From: Lingula anatina
Taxonomy: Eukaryota > Animalia > Brachiopoda
Reading direction: 5' to 3'
Length of the DNA stretch: 64,000 bases
NCBI GenBank assembly: GCA_051362555.1
Contig: CM120646.1
Span: forward strand, 1,240,001 to 1,304,000
Every line of letters begins with the position of its first letter. The first letter of the stretch is position 1. Under the pieces are notes generated by a model. The model saw only the letters and a program-made list of their open reading frames with translations. It had not been told where the DNA came from and made no database searches. The position numbers and the translations under genes are program-made. This document shows positions 52,041-64,000 of this stretch, one piece after another.

Positions 52041-55000
52041 CTAATGTTTGCCATCAGGTTCCGTTTCTGTTGTGGCGAGCTTCTCTCTAGATGGTGCATC
52101 CCTACTATCAGAGATTCTTGGTGCTTCATAATGCCGTTCATCACATCGTTTATAAAGTACTATGATTCCTGTTCCATCACCGTCATCAGGTGCGAAAGCT
52201 TCTTTTTGTATTGTTTCCTGCTCTTCCTTACAACCGTCGTATGTTGAATCAAATATTTTGTACGAAAATCTCTTGCTCGGCACCAGACTGCACGGTGTAG
52301 CAAGCGATTCTTCCGATGAGGAGTCGTGATCACATTTTCTATCGGGGACGTCAGACAATATTATTGCTGCTGGATTATGTTGGTCATCACACCGTTTATA
52401 CAGTACAACGATTCCTGTTGATGTCCCTTTTTCAGCTCCTTCAAATTCATATTCATTCAAAACGAACGGTTTTATAGAGGCTGCTTCCTTTAATTCCATT
52501 GAGTCATAGTCTGAGCCATTCTTTGAAAAATCGTCCTTTGCTCCCCCGATTGCCCCGTTAAGATCAACCGAATCATGTTTTGATAAGCTCTCGGCCAAAA
52601 TATCACACATGACACCGCCTAATATGGCACCGAATTCATCAGGTGAGTCTCTCTCAAGCAATCTTTGAATATCCTGCAATTCCTCTCGAATTTTCGATTC
52701 TGTCAGGACACAATGGATGAAATCAGGATCTAGGTCGTACGTTGCTTGAATAACGTGGAGGATTGCTTTTGGATTATGGCGGATTTTATTTAAAATGTCG
52801 ACGCTCTCATTTACAAGCTGTTCATCCATGTAATCTATCATGTTGTTTTCTCGTATGAAGTAGTTTGGGATACACTTTGAGGAAAGAAAATCAAGCAAAA
52901 GATCGAAGAAGTCGTAGAAACGTTGCCCCATCTCTTCGTCTGTCCACTTTTCCTGTGGAATGCGCTCACATAACCAGAATAACGTTGTCTTAAGATGGTA
53001 GGTAGAGAGGACGCCAAGTTCTGCTAATCGGTGTTTGTGTATCAATTTTATGATGCGGTAAACGTAGCGCTGAACTTGAGTAAATGACAAGGCAAGATAA
53101 CGTTCTCCCTCAACGAAAGAGATCCTCCATTCGGTTCGACAATCTTTATCACCAGGATTCGGAACCGGGACAAAATAACATCCAAGTTCTTTCACAGTAT
53201 TGATTTGTTTCCTATTGGGCCAACCACTTAATCTTTTACGGCTGAGCCATTCCGTTGCTTCGTTTGGCCAGTCATGCCACGAAAATGAAACAACGATGTC
53301 GCAACTAGCAGTTAAACCTAAACTGCCTTTTTCACACATTGTTGCTTCAAAAGATAATGCTGGGCCATTACTAAATGTATTATAGTTGATATCTCCTTCA
53401 GGTATATTCGTGGATTCGGATTCCTCCACGTGCAATAAAATGTGCATGCATTTGTTGCTCAGATATATATCCTCGTGATCAGTTTCCAAAACGCCTGGCT
53501 TTTCAAATATCCAGTGTTTGCCCATGACCTTCAGTTTGACATAACCGGGGTGACAGCCACTGCCATCTATGAGCATATGAGACGTGACTTTGGGGAAAAA
53601 TGGCGGGTTAAGTACAATCATGACATCGAAGTCTATCATTACAAGGAGCGTTTTTTGCACAAAAGGGTAAGAAAGACCGTCAGCTAAACTTCCCAAAAGT
53701 TTCACTTGTATGTAATCGGACGCATCTTTCAGCACAGGATGAGAGCATAAATTTTTTCGAAGAAGATAATGGATGCCCTGCTCTACGTGCAAATAAGGTA
53801 CACGCTGATAACACTCAAAGTTTGTATGTGCAAGGTCCAACAGAACTTTTAGTCCAAATGCTATTTCATCATTTTCTGCCTCCAAATTTGGTTTATACAT
53901 TTTGAAGAGTCTTACAAAGAAATGTACCGACTCTTTTAATTCACAGTCATTAGGATCTGCCTTCTTAAATAACCTTTTGGCCATATGTTTAAGACATCTC
54001 ATATGAAATGCGCTCTGAGGTAGCATATCTAACAAGAAGGCTGAGAAGCTTTTCATATCTTCTTTATTTTCAACATTGCGTCTCTGCTGATGTGTAGTTG
54101 AAGGGAATCTGAAACTGAAAGAAAAAAAGATATGTCAGAGTGCAACCCAAACTGGCGTAGTGTTTACAGGTAAATGCTCCGTAAAAACGTTTCTTCTTAT
54201 TCCCAAAACAATGTTTTCAGGATGGTAAAAAGACGGGTTGGATGTAAAGTGACGGTTGTATTTATTTACATTTTAAATTCGACAAACCTGTCTAAGCCCT
54301 GTAATTAAGTGTACGTATTTTTCTTTTTGTCTATAGTGTACGTTTATCTGTCCAGATTAACACTGGAAGTGACTTTTTTCTCCTGCATGTATATCAGTGA
54401 TATTTCTGTCGACTTTTAACCGCTGTTGCGGTCCCGTTTAAAATGCTGACAACTCCAGATGACCCAGATAACAGGTTGTAAACGTTTAAGAACACTGTAA
54501 AAGCGAATTAGGTTGCTCATTATAATAAAAAAGATTATAGTTGTACCAGCACCTGAACATTGAACAGATGTGGGTTCACTAGTGCCGTTGGCAAAATGAC
54601 CACCTGTCATCAAAAACGTGACTGCCTTTTATGAACTGACCTTATATATTCTGCCCAAGTTCTCATTCCATACACATAGAAAACAAAAACAAAATAAGAT
54701 ACAATTTTGAAACAATTATGTCGCTGCTTTCTTTGCACTGAACTTAAATGGATAGCATCCGTTCGTAAGATATCCATATTTCACAAGAAATACATTGTTA
54801 CTCATAGAAACACAATTAATTCTATCTTGCCCCCCAAAACGGCGGTTAACACAATTATTTTGCAACTCCATAGATGGCTTTACTCTGTTATAACTTCTTA
54901 AGAGATTATTCCAAAAAAAAAATTCTTAAGGAAAAAAAAAAGAAAAGAAAAAAAAAAACAAAAAACAGGGACTAATTCTGAATGTGAGAATGGATTCAAT

Positions 55001-58000
55001 AACAATTGGTTAGTATGGGAAACTTGTCCTTTACCCCAGGAAATTAATTTTTGGCCAAAATGAACAATTTTTATCCCTTTAATATTCTGCAAAAGTTGTC
55101 ATTTCGTACACAGTAAACGAAAACATGATAAGACGCAATTTTAAAGGTACATACGAACCGAGCAACGGTGGATAGTAGCTTCCCAGTAACACATGTAAAC
55201 CACTTCTACTACATTCTTATATGACTCAAATAAATTCGACATGCCAAAGGATAAACTGAATAGATCACTCGCGATCAGCCATAAAAGACCTTTAGACTGC
55301 TCCTTTCCTTAAATTTATGGTTGTAAATTTAACCTACTTCCGTGACCTACTTTCCTGCCCCATTGACATACAGCTTAGAATGCCAGCAGTTCAAACATCA
55401 TTTTCGGGTAAAATTAAACAATGCCTTTTGGTAATTCTCTTAGTTATACTACTTGAAGCTATATGCTGCCATTTGGTTGGTTTTTGTGACAAAAAATTGA
55501 CTTTGTGTGCATCTTTCATCTAAATTTAAGCAATTTAAGCAATTAATTTTAATTTAAGCAATTCTAACAAGTGACTTTTTCTTTTGAATTCACAAACAGA
55601 GTGGACAAAAATTAAAAAGAAAACCTTCAAACAACCCTTCACAACAACCCTTCACAACATATTGGGTTAAAGAAAACAACGAACAACAGGGTTGCAAACA
55701 TTGCAGACCAGTTTAGTGACAGTCTCTGTAAGAATAAGAAAAATAGCACAAAGCATTATCTCAAATTCTGTTTTCAATTAATTTATTGCGATGAACTACG
55801 TCAAAAACTAATTAATCGATGCCAATATTTTATATAGTTCAAATATTCAGATAATTGAATTTAAGAGCGTATTATGGTTAAGCTTGAGATTTTCCTCCCA
55901 TTTCGTTTTCTTATGTAAAATGTTCAGGTTACCACATACACCGGCAACTACATGTAACTCATATGGTTTTGAAAGCTGTTTATATAAGGTATACACAACA
56001 GATATTCAGGTACCAAATAATATAATATTTTTAAAACACAATGACACACAAACTATTTGTGATTATATAAAAATCAGAATATGCTTCTAATGTAATGTAC
56101 GTATGGCAATAATAAGTGAAGACGGCCAGTCAATGAAAACTATTTTTGATAATAAAGAAATCAGAAAATGTACTTCCTAATGTGATGTGTGATAATAATA
56201 GACAAAGACGGCCAGTCAGTGAGAATTGTATTTGAATATGGCAAATTTGTCTTTAATTCACAAATAATAATAATAATTTTGAATTCACAAGAGTTATTTT
56301 TCTATGATTTCAAAGCAAGCAAAACTATTTAATTTTACTCAAATAGAAATATGTGTTTTTATCAATATTTGATTATTCAAAGTATCCTGTAACTGAACCA
56401 CTTTATTTTCCTTACTATTATAGTTGTATATCTATCTACCCAGGGGCGGATCCAGACTTTTTGGAAGCGGGGGTCCGTTTTTTGGGATTGACAGGCCTCG
56501 AATTTCGAGACCGACCCTCACCCTCTTGGTGTCAGGTTCGGGGCACTCTCGATGGTGTTTTAAATCAATTTAACTATATAATTCAGCTAGACTATTTTGG
56601 TGCGTTTTTTATTTAGAAATCGAAGTCAGGACCCCACCCCCGACACCCTTTAATCCGTCACTGCTATCTATCTATCTATCTATCTGATTCCATTGGGATG
56701 GTTTGTGTAGTTCACGTTTAAACGAAGCTAATTTATTGGGTTATTATGACAACTGTTCTGTGCTCAAATATCGTAGATTGTTCGCGACACCCACGTATAC
56801 TTACGTACTCTTTTGAATAGTTTGCGACCGCTTTCACGAAGATATCTGTTGTTGACATCGGCAAATAAATCATGCTGCCACATCTACCGCAATGCCGCGG
56901 TAATAGGTTTATGAATATTTGAGTAGATTTGTCAACGTTTAATATATATATTTAAGGATCATCGAGAACTTTTACTGAAAGCGTGCCTATTTTAGTCAAT
57001 TTTTACAGGTGTGTAATTGAAAGCATTCTGGCGTAGGGAATTATAATATCCCGCACGAAAACGAAGTAGATACTCCAGCGCAGTAGCCTACTGCAATCAT
57101 ACTGCAAACATGCTTCAAATCTGCTTCGATTGGGGAGCTAATTAGCATAGTTGAAACATGCTTCTATCATGCTGCTAATCTACTGCATTAATGCTCCTCC
57201 TCTGTACAAACCTGTGTAATTTTTGAAGTAGAATTGCAGTAGGCTAAACTGCATTTCTACTGCAAATATGCTCCACACCACTACTGCGTTAATGCTTCTT
57301 TGTACTTCGATACTACTGCATTTTCGTGCGGGATGGTATAGCGGAACAACTGGGGAGGAAAAAAAACAAAAAAACTAACCAACGTTGTAAAAACTGCAAG
57401 TAAGATTATCGGACAGGATCTACCCAAGCTGGATGATGTTTTTCAAGACAGAATTGATAAAATAATTGTCAACACCATGGAAGACTCTTTTCATCCTGCA
57501 TCATCACTTTTTACGTTTTTACCAAGCAACAGTAGACATTTAACTTTTAAAGGCTTTTTAACCAGCTTTTATCCAAGTGCAGTGACGCATTCTAATTTGA
57601 TCTCAAAACTAAATTCTTAATTTACTTATTGCATTATTGTACTCTGTATATTATCAAACTTGCTCCAAAAGGAAAATGATTTCCGAGTTTTATAATTGGC
57701 TAAATAAACTCTTATCTTATAAAAGCGGGCGCATACCAGTTCTGGGTGCGGTCAGGTTGTTCTTCACAGAATGTAATAAGGTGACACTAGTGGGTTGGAT
57801 TTGGTCTTAAAGTGCAATTTAAGTTCACAAGTGATCTAACACGATCTTAATCATTACAGCAGTAGTCTTAAAATGGACTGAATCTGCTTTTAAGATAAAA
57901 AATGGTCTAACATCTACTTATGTGGTCAAGCAGTTTCCTCCTCTCACAATGGGGGATGCCTCCCCTCACAATAGAGGGCACCTCTGCTCACAATAGAAGA

Positions 58001-60069
58001 ATGTGTAAGAGGAGACTACTTAATATGGCTGCCAGACAAGAAATGGTCTTATTTATGGTTTAAGATCATGTAAGACTATTTGTGAACTTAAATTGCACTT
58101 TAAGACCAAATCAAGCCCAATAGTGTGAGCTATGTAGAACGCTTTGAATATGAACATTTAGTTGTTGATTTATTTCGATATGAAAAGATCTAGTAAACCG
58201 TCATCACCTATTTGTAGTTAATCGAATCGGGTGATATTTGTCATATTTTTATATCGACATATTTAGTTGACATGTACATTATTGCACCAAGTATTTGAAC
58301 AAAATGAAACATTTAAAACATTTTTTCTTCGGAACTTACGTTACCTACTGTAGTATTATAGCCCAGAAAATGAACAACTTAGGTTAGGAAAAAAATTGGT
58401 AAAAAAGGTTTCTCAACTGGTTCTGGTCCGTTAGTTAAAAAATTCGCACGAATCCCCCATGGCAAAGTCTTGTTTCCACAAAAATCCAAAATGGCCGCCA
58501 CTGAATAGGGTTGGTCACCTTGAAATCCATATCTTGGGAACCCAATGTCACAGAAACATAAAAGTATTAATAGAAGTAACAATTTCAATTAAGTAAGGTA
58601 CTGTCAATATATTGCAACTATTGCAAAGATAATGCATTACAAGGTCAATGCATTTTTGGAGCAAAAACCCATTTTATCTGTATTACAGTTTCCCAGTGTA
58701 ATAGAAACGTGTTATAAGAAACACTACCAACCAAGTAAGGCACTGGCAAACACTTGTCATTATTTTAAGGTCACCAAGGGCCAAGTTATGAACACATTTC
58801 GAGGGCATGGTACTTTTCGAGTGAATAATGTCATATTATCTATATCTTGGTAACCGTATTTTACTAAAACATGTTTAATGCATCAATTCCTACTAAATGA
58901 AAAAAATCAACAATTATTTGCAACTAATCTAAAGGAAAATTAGTAACTTGTCTTGTATGAAGACAATAACTTGTAGATGGTGCCCTTTGAGTGTTAATTC
59001 AGCACCTGTTTTCCTGAATATCTCAATTCTTGGTCCTACATTGGGATTCTGAAATAAGCACCATGCCATTTGCCACGGAGAACTTGTTCTGCAAAAGTAA
59101 ACACCTTGTTAGAAGGTGTAATATGTTTTGGTCGAAAAACCTTACAGTTGCTGCATCGTATTGTGCTCATCAAAGTCAAAAGTAGTCATACAGGGGTATG
59201 TTTTCATATCATGCCATCCCCTGTCATATTGGAGAACTAGTACTGAGATATGATCGCAACCTGGAAGTATTTATCAGGTCTCTTAGGATAGGAAACTAGC
59301 TACAGGCTCAACAACATTCGTTACATTGCTGCAGCTGAGGACAGCAAATAAAACCATCTCCCTTCAAGAGATGTGCAAACACTTGTAGCAGTTGGCTAGG
59401 ATCTAACACAGAGGAGAAAAGCTTTGTATCCTTCAGTTTGAAGCTCACTATTTGACATGGCCATCTGGCAAATATTAAGTGATCAGGTGGTAAAAATTTT
59501 CATTTAGGTTTTTGCATGCAGAGATTATCTGCAAGTTGTATTGAAGAAAACGGTACAACTTATCTGCCGAGGACGCATTTGCCTTTCAACCATTGTCCAT
59601 CATGCAGTCAAAATTGTCCTTGTATTTGCTCGGGATAACTGTTTGTATTTCTTCCCTGAAAGGGACTCTTTTTTTGACCATATCTAACACAGCTATGCCA
59701 TACCTAGACCCACAGCTAGCATTTGTGGGAAACGTATGGCTAGTTAGTTTGAAGGTTAGAGGGAAGTACTGGAAGCATATTAAGCTGGAGAAAATCTCAA
59801 GTTGTTAGCTACGGATTTTCAAATGGTGTTGCAGTCTGACTTTTGGGCAAGAAGGTAAATACGATAAAAAGATGCCATTGCACCTGGTTATGTTTACCCA
59901 GAGAAATTGATTACCTACTTCTGATATGGTTTGTTTCATTCCCTATAAACTTACCACCAGTTGCATAATTGGTTTTACTCCAAGCCTGTGGCCAGTGTAA
60001 AGTGCCCTCTTGAAGTGATGTTGTAAGTGGCATTGGGGAGCATTTCCTATTCACTTATATTCTCTCTCT

Positions 60070-60141
<72 letters not shown>

Positions 60142-60523
60142 CAGAATATGTGCAGATACATACAGTGTCTGTATATGTATATGAAACAATACATTGTACA
60201 ATTATCAAACATTCTGGACCTGATGAAATCAAATAAAACTATTTCCTTTAGACAGTTTCTATTCAAATGATTGAATAATTTCAGAACAGCTGAGATGAGG
60301 ACAGTCCCTTTACCATCTTTACAAACATTTTGGTCTTGGTAAGCAAAAATGTTTACAGGAGAGTGTTTGAATGCACGAGCTTGTCTTACATAGTACAAAG
60401 CAGGGTTAAATTTAATGAAGGTAAACTATCAAGTGAACTCAGTATGAGTTTTTCCATGTAGGAAATATGACGTATTACATATATCATAAATCAAGCTTAC
60501 CCTTTGTCCTCCCTTTCATCCAT
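52041..60523 (-). CDS. cGAS-like receptor paralogue 3 (~696 aa; exons 60523-60501 and 54108-52041)
   Basis: LGS-x18-DFD, CDIV, CHPGYVKL, EWRISF, STYHLKTTLFW, CIPNYFIRENNM. A homologous 23-nt first exon (MDEREDK-G) is in frame; main ORF 54056-52041. Confidence 0.9.
56441..56663. mobile_element. Short hAT-like MITE
   Basis: CAGGGGCGGAT ... ATCCGTCACTG imperfect TIRs flanked by CTATCTA-like repeats. Confidence 0.6.
57048..57334. mobile_element. MITE with 14-bp TIRs
   Basis: ATCCCGCACGAAAA ... TTTTCGTGCGGGAT. Confidence 0.7.
57334..57720 (+). mobile_element. 3' remnant of a LINE (Rex/CR1-group)
   Basis: Translates WYSGTT...VVKTASKIIGQDLPKLDDVF...FHPASSLFTFLPS...FYPSAV, then AATAAA and (CTTAT)n. 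Confidence 0.7.
57784..58126. mobile_element. MITE with ~45-bp TIRs
   Basis: GATTTGGTCTTAAAGTGCAATTTAAGTTCACA versus TGTGAACTTAAATTGCACTTTAAGACCAAATC. Confidence 0.8.
60073..60132. repeat. (TA)n microsatellite
   Basis: Direct read. Confidence 0.95.
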
Positions 60524-60911
60524 GGTACACGCTGTCAAAAAGCCCTTGAATAGATTTTTACTTCGTAATTGTTGTTATTCATCAGTATTGGTCGAGTACC
60601 AAGAGGCAGCGGAAAACTTACAGGCACGTCTAAATGAAATAGAAAATTCATACAAAAATGTTGTCTGGCACACGCATAATACACACCACAAGGGGAGGCA
60701 TCGCATATAGCATCATCCACAAACACCTAAACGCAAAACAACTCTGAGCTTTTACTGCAAAAGGCCAGGTCACAAAAAAAGCAGATTTCAGAGAGTTAAA
60801 AGCACAATTAAGGAAAATTGATGTAGCAAGAATAATCTCAAATAAATCCAGCGGAAGACTGGATTTAGTGGCCACCTTTAGTGGGGTTAGATGTACATTG
60901 TAAACTATGGT

Positions 60912-60947
60912 AAATTCCGCTAAGGAGGTTATGTTTTCACCCTTGTT

Positions 60948-60979
<32 letters not shown>

Positions 60980-61020
60980 ATCAACATAACTCAAAAAGTT
61001 ATGGACCGATTTTGATGAAA
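60912..61020 (+). mobile_element. HINE 5' fragment with (GTCT)n
   Basis: TCCGCTAAGGAGGTTATGTTTTCAC, (GTCT)n, CATAACTCAAAAAGTTATGGACCGATTTTGATGAAA. Confidence 0.7.
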
Positions 61021-61635
61021 TAAAATAGATTCAATTATGCTTTATTTAATTTTGTTCACTGTATTTAAGATGTAAAGTGAAAAAATAAATAATATTCTTC
61101 GAAAAGAAAATATATATTCAATGTTTTTGTATTTTTTGCTTATCAAAAAAAAAAAAAAAAAAAAAAAACATTTGCCCCTGGAGGTATGAACACAATACAC
61201 GTGCTTGCGTGTGCCAAGTTTGACAGCTACACTATATGCCCGATACCACTACAAGGGCTGCGCAATGGCTACATCAAAATCAGTTTTCAAAGCAGACTGT
61301 TACTTGTATTGTGGCACTGACCTTCGACTGCAAGATATTCTTAATTCATACTTCTAACTCCGCGTCAGCCACTTCGCTTCTTGTCTCGTCTGCACTAGAT
61401 AACGTGCAGAGCAAGGCGGAAAAGGCAGCGCCAGGCGGCCAAACCTGTGACGTACGAGACTTATGACTTCCAAATATGGATCCAAATATGGAAGCGCTCT
61501 AGGCAAAATTTTGAAGAAGAACGCCCACAGCTTGACGGTGTTCGCTAGAGCCTGGTATTGCTGATATAGGTTATATATGAAATCAAGATTGAGCTGGCAA
61601 TACCGGAATCTAGAACCTCGGGTATACATAGTATA

Positions 61636-61830
61636 AAACAGGGTTAAATTCAATGGAGGTAAATTATCAAGCGCATTCAGTACGGGTTTTCCAAGTATGA
61701 GATATGACGTACTTTATATCGTAAATCAAAATTACCATTTGTCTCCGCTTTCATCCATAGTACACACTCAGAAAGCCCTTGGATAGACTTTTACTTCGTG
61801 GTAGTTATACATCAGTATTAGCCGAGTACC
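61636..61830 (-). repeat. Duplicate of the cGLR-3 first-exon region (copy of ~60398-60600)
   Basis: CAGGGTTAAATT.AATG.AGGTAAA.TATCAAG...TTTCATCCAT.GTACAC...CATCAGTATT.G.CGAGTACC present in both places. Confidence 0.85.
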
Positions 61831-62169
61831 CGTCCATTGGGAAGTATGATAATGGGACTCCATGTACCTTTAGTATCTGCTTTTGGATGATAGTTGATTG
61901 GTATTAGTTTGTGGAACTGAAATTAAACTAAATTAAACTAAAATGAACTCCTTAGTGAATCATTGTACAGAGAGCTACATGAATGATACCACAGGTAATT
62001 AAGTTAAATGTTTTTATAAGTACTGTTTATGTAGTTAGTATACATCGTTTTGTTAGAGATAATGTATGCAGGCATTAATTACCACCAGTTCTCTTTATAA
62101 AGCTGTTTAAGATAACAATCGTCACCAGAATACATGTAGAACGTTTATATAACTTCTAAGTACTAATTT

Positions 62170-64000
62170 AATCATGGTGATCTTGATGCCATTCAAAACG
62201 TCCACTGGGATAAACTATACCACAGTGACTGTGTCCATCAGCAATGTGATATGTTTTATCAGACCCTGCATAACTTAATAGAAACCCACTTCCCCACCAA
62301 GATTGTGACAAGGGGTACACATGACAAGCCTTGGGTGACAGATGAGTTTCGTGACCTAATCATCCAACGCCAGCGTGCCTTTCAACTGAAGGACCCTGAA
62401 TTTAGAAAACTTAGAAAAAAAGTAAACCAAGAACGCAAACGGTTACAAACAGTCTACTACAGAACTCAAATTGAAGAGGCAAAATCGTCAGATCCAGGGA
62501 AATGGTGGAAAGGTATCAATAACATCATGGGTAAATCTCAAAACAGTGCCTCTTTAACCACCGTGCCCAACCATCTCCATGAGGGGGCTATGGAAGCACT
62601 TGCACAAAACATCAACAACTTCTTCCAGTCCATTACTTCTCACCTAGACCCCTTAGATGAGATGGACTTCCATGATGTTAACATTCCCTCACAGTACCAG
62701 CTCACAGTAGAACAATTGGAAAGATTTCTCATTACTATTAACACAAACAAGGCATCCGGCCCTGATAATTTACCGAAATGGATTCTCAAAGACTTTGCTG
62801 GAGTTCTCGGTGCACCAGTATGTGCAATCTGGAACAATACCATACGTCAAGGAAAGCTACCAACAATCTGAAAATGCGCCAATGTAGTGCCACTGCCTAA
62901 AATTAAACCAGCACTGAGCGTGGAAAATGATTTAAGACCTGTTTCCCTAGCGCCTATCCTCAGCAAGTAATTAGAAGCACTCATTTTTACATAGCTGTGG
63001 GAGATAATAGGACCACATATTAAGAAATATCAGTTTGGCAATGTTAAAGGTTCCTCCACCACAATGTCCTTAATCGAGCTATTTGACACCTGGGCCAAGG
63101 CCAGTGACACTCATGGGGCACAGACTCGGGTTTTATTACTTGATTTTAGAAAAGCGTTTGGTTTAATAGACCACAATATATTGCTACAGGTAGGCAAGCT
63201 CTGCAGCTATGGAGTACCTCCAGTATTACTCAGATGGGCCCATGCCTTTTTACTTAATAGACAACAACGGATCAAGCGTGGATCAGCAATGTCACAATGC
63301 TGCCATATTCATGGGGGCATGCCCCAGGGTACAAAACTAGGACCTCTCCTTTTCATTACAATGATAAATAACATGGAATGTTTTTTACCAGCAGTAAAGT
63401 ATGTGGATGAAACTACAGTTTATGAGACAGTCCACCAACCATCTCCAAGGGAAATAGAACAAGGTGCCAAACCTACACAATCTAAACTTCCCATAGCAGC
63501 CTCAAACCTATATGAATGGACAAAACAAAATACCTTGCTAATTAATCCTTAAAAAAAACTGTTGAACTGTTTATCTGTTTCAGTAAAAACCCAACTGTAC
63601 CTGATAACCTATAAATTGGTGGTATAAAAATCGAACAAGTTTCACATGCCAAACTGCTGGGAGTTTATATCAGTTTTAATTTGAAGTGGGACTTACATAT
63701 AGAAAATATTCTCTCAAAAGCTGCATCCAGACTGTATTTCTTATGCATGGTCAAACACGCTGGGGTGCCGAGATATGACCTCTTACAAATTTATAAAAGC
63801 AATCTCAGACCAACACTTGAGTACGCTTGTCAGCTATGACATGCTGGAATTACCGCACAGCAATCTAAAGCCTTAGAGAACATCCCAAAAAAGAGCTCTT
63901 CATATTATATACCCTGAACTCACTTATAACGAAGCAATGGACATCACTGAATTACCTACCTTGAAATCTCGGCTTACTGACTTGCGCAAAAAATTATTTA
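62170..64000 (+). mobile_element. Degenerate LINE reverse transcriptase (CR1/L2/Rex group), runs off the window
   Basis: DKPWVT, NKASGPDNLP, DLRPVSL, LLDFRKAF, GMPQGTKLGPLLF, KYVDE; multiple in-frame stops and frameshifts. Confidence 0.9.

Noticed and set aside
54105-54125. ISRE-like GAAACTGAAAG
   Set aside because: It is the reverse complement of the cGLR-3 splice acceptor and pyrimidine tract.
61150-61260. tRNA- or SINE-like segment on the minus strand followed by a T-run
   Set aside because: No convincing cloverleaf or B box by eye.

Overview
AT-rich, intron-containing animal (probably marine invertebrate) genomic DNA; species not determinable from sequence alone. All exon models were derived by hand from GT-AG sites, frame continuity and recalled protein similarity. 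Left to right: (1) the 3' 12 exons of HYOU1/GRP170 (+, ends in HIEL); (2) a convergent 4-exon ASDURF-like microprotein gene (-), missed by the ORF track, with no ASNSD1 reading frame behind it and a ~4 kb Helentron-type (HINE) element with 146-bp tandem repeats in its 3' exon; (3) a secreted trypsin-like protease gene (-) whose catalytic domain is N-terminal, followed by EGF-EGF-CCP-EGF-HYR-HYR-CCP; (4) a 5'-truncated L2-like LINE; (5) a tandem array of three cGAS-like receptor (cGLR/Mab-21 nucleotidyltransferase) paralogues (-), each with intact catalytic motifs, a hidden 23-nt coding first exon, kB-like upstream motifs and a repeat-built acidic tail cut short differently in each copy; (6) many MITEs, microsatellites and a degenerate LINE at the right edge. 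The cGLR array is the best candidate for an undescribed system, followed by the apparently stand-alone ASDURF and the inverted-architecture protease.
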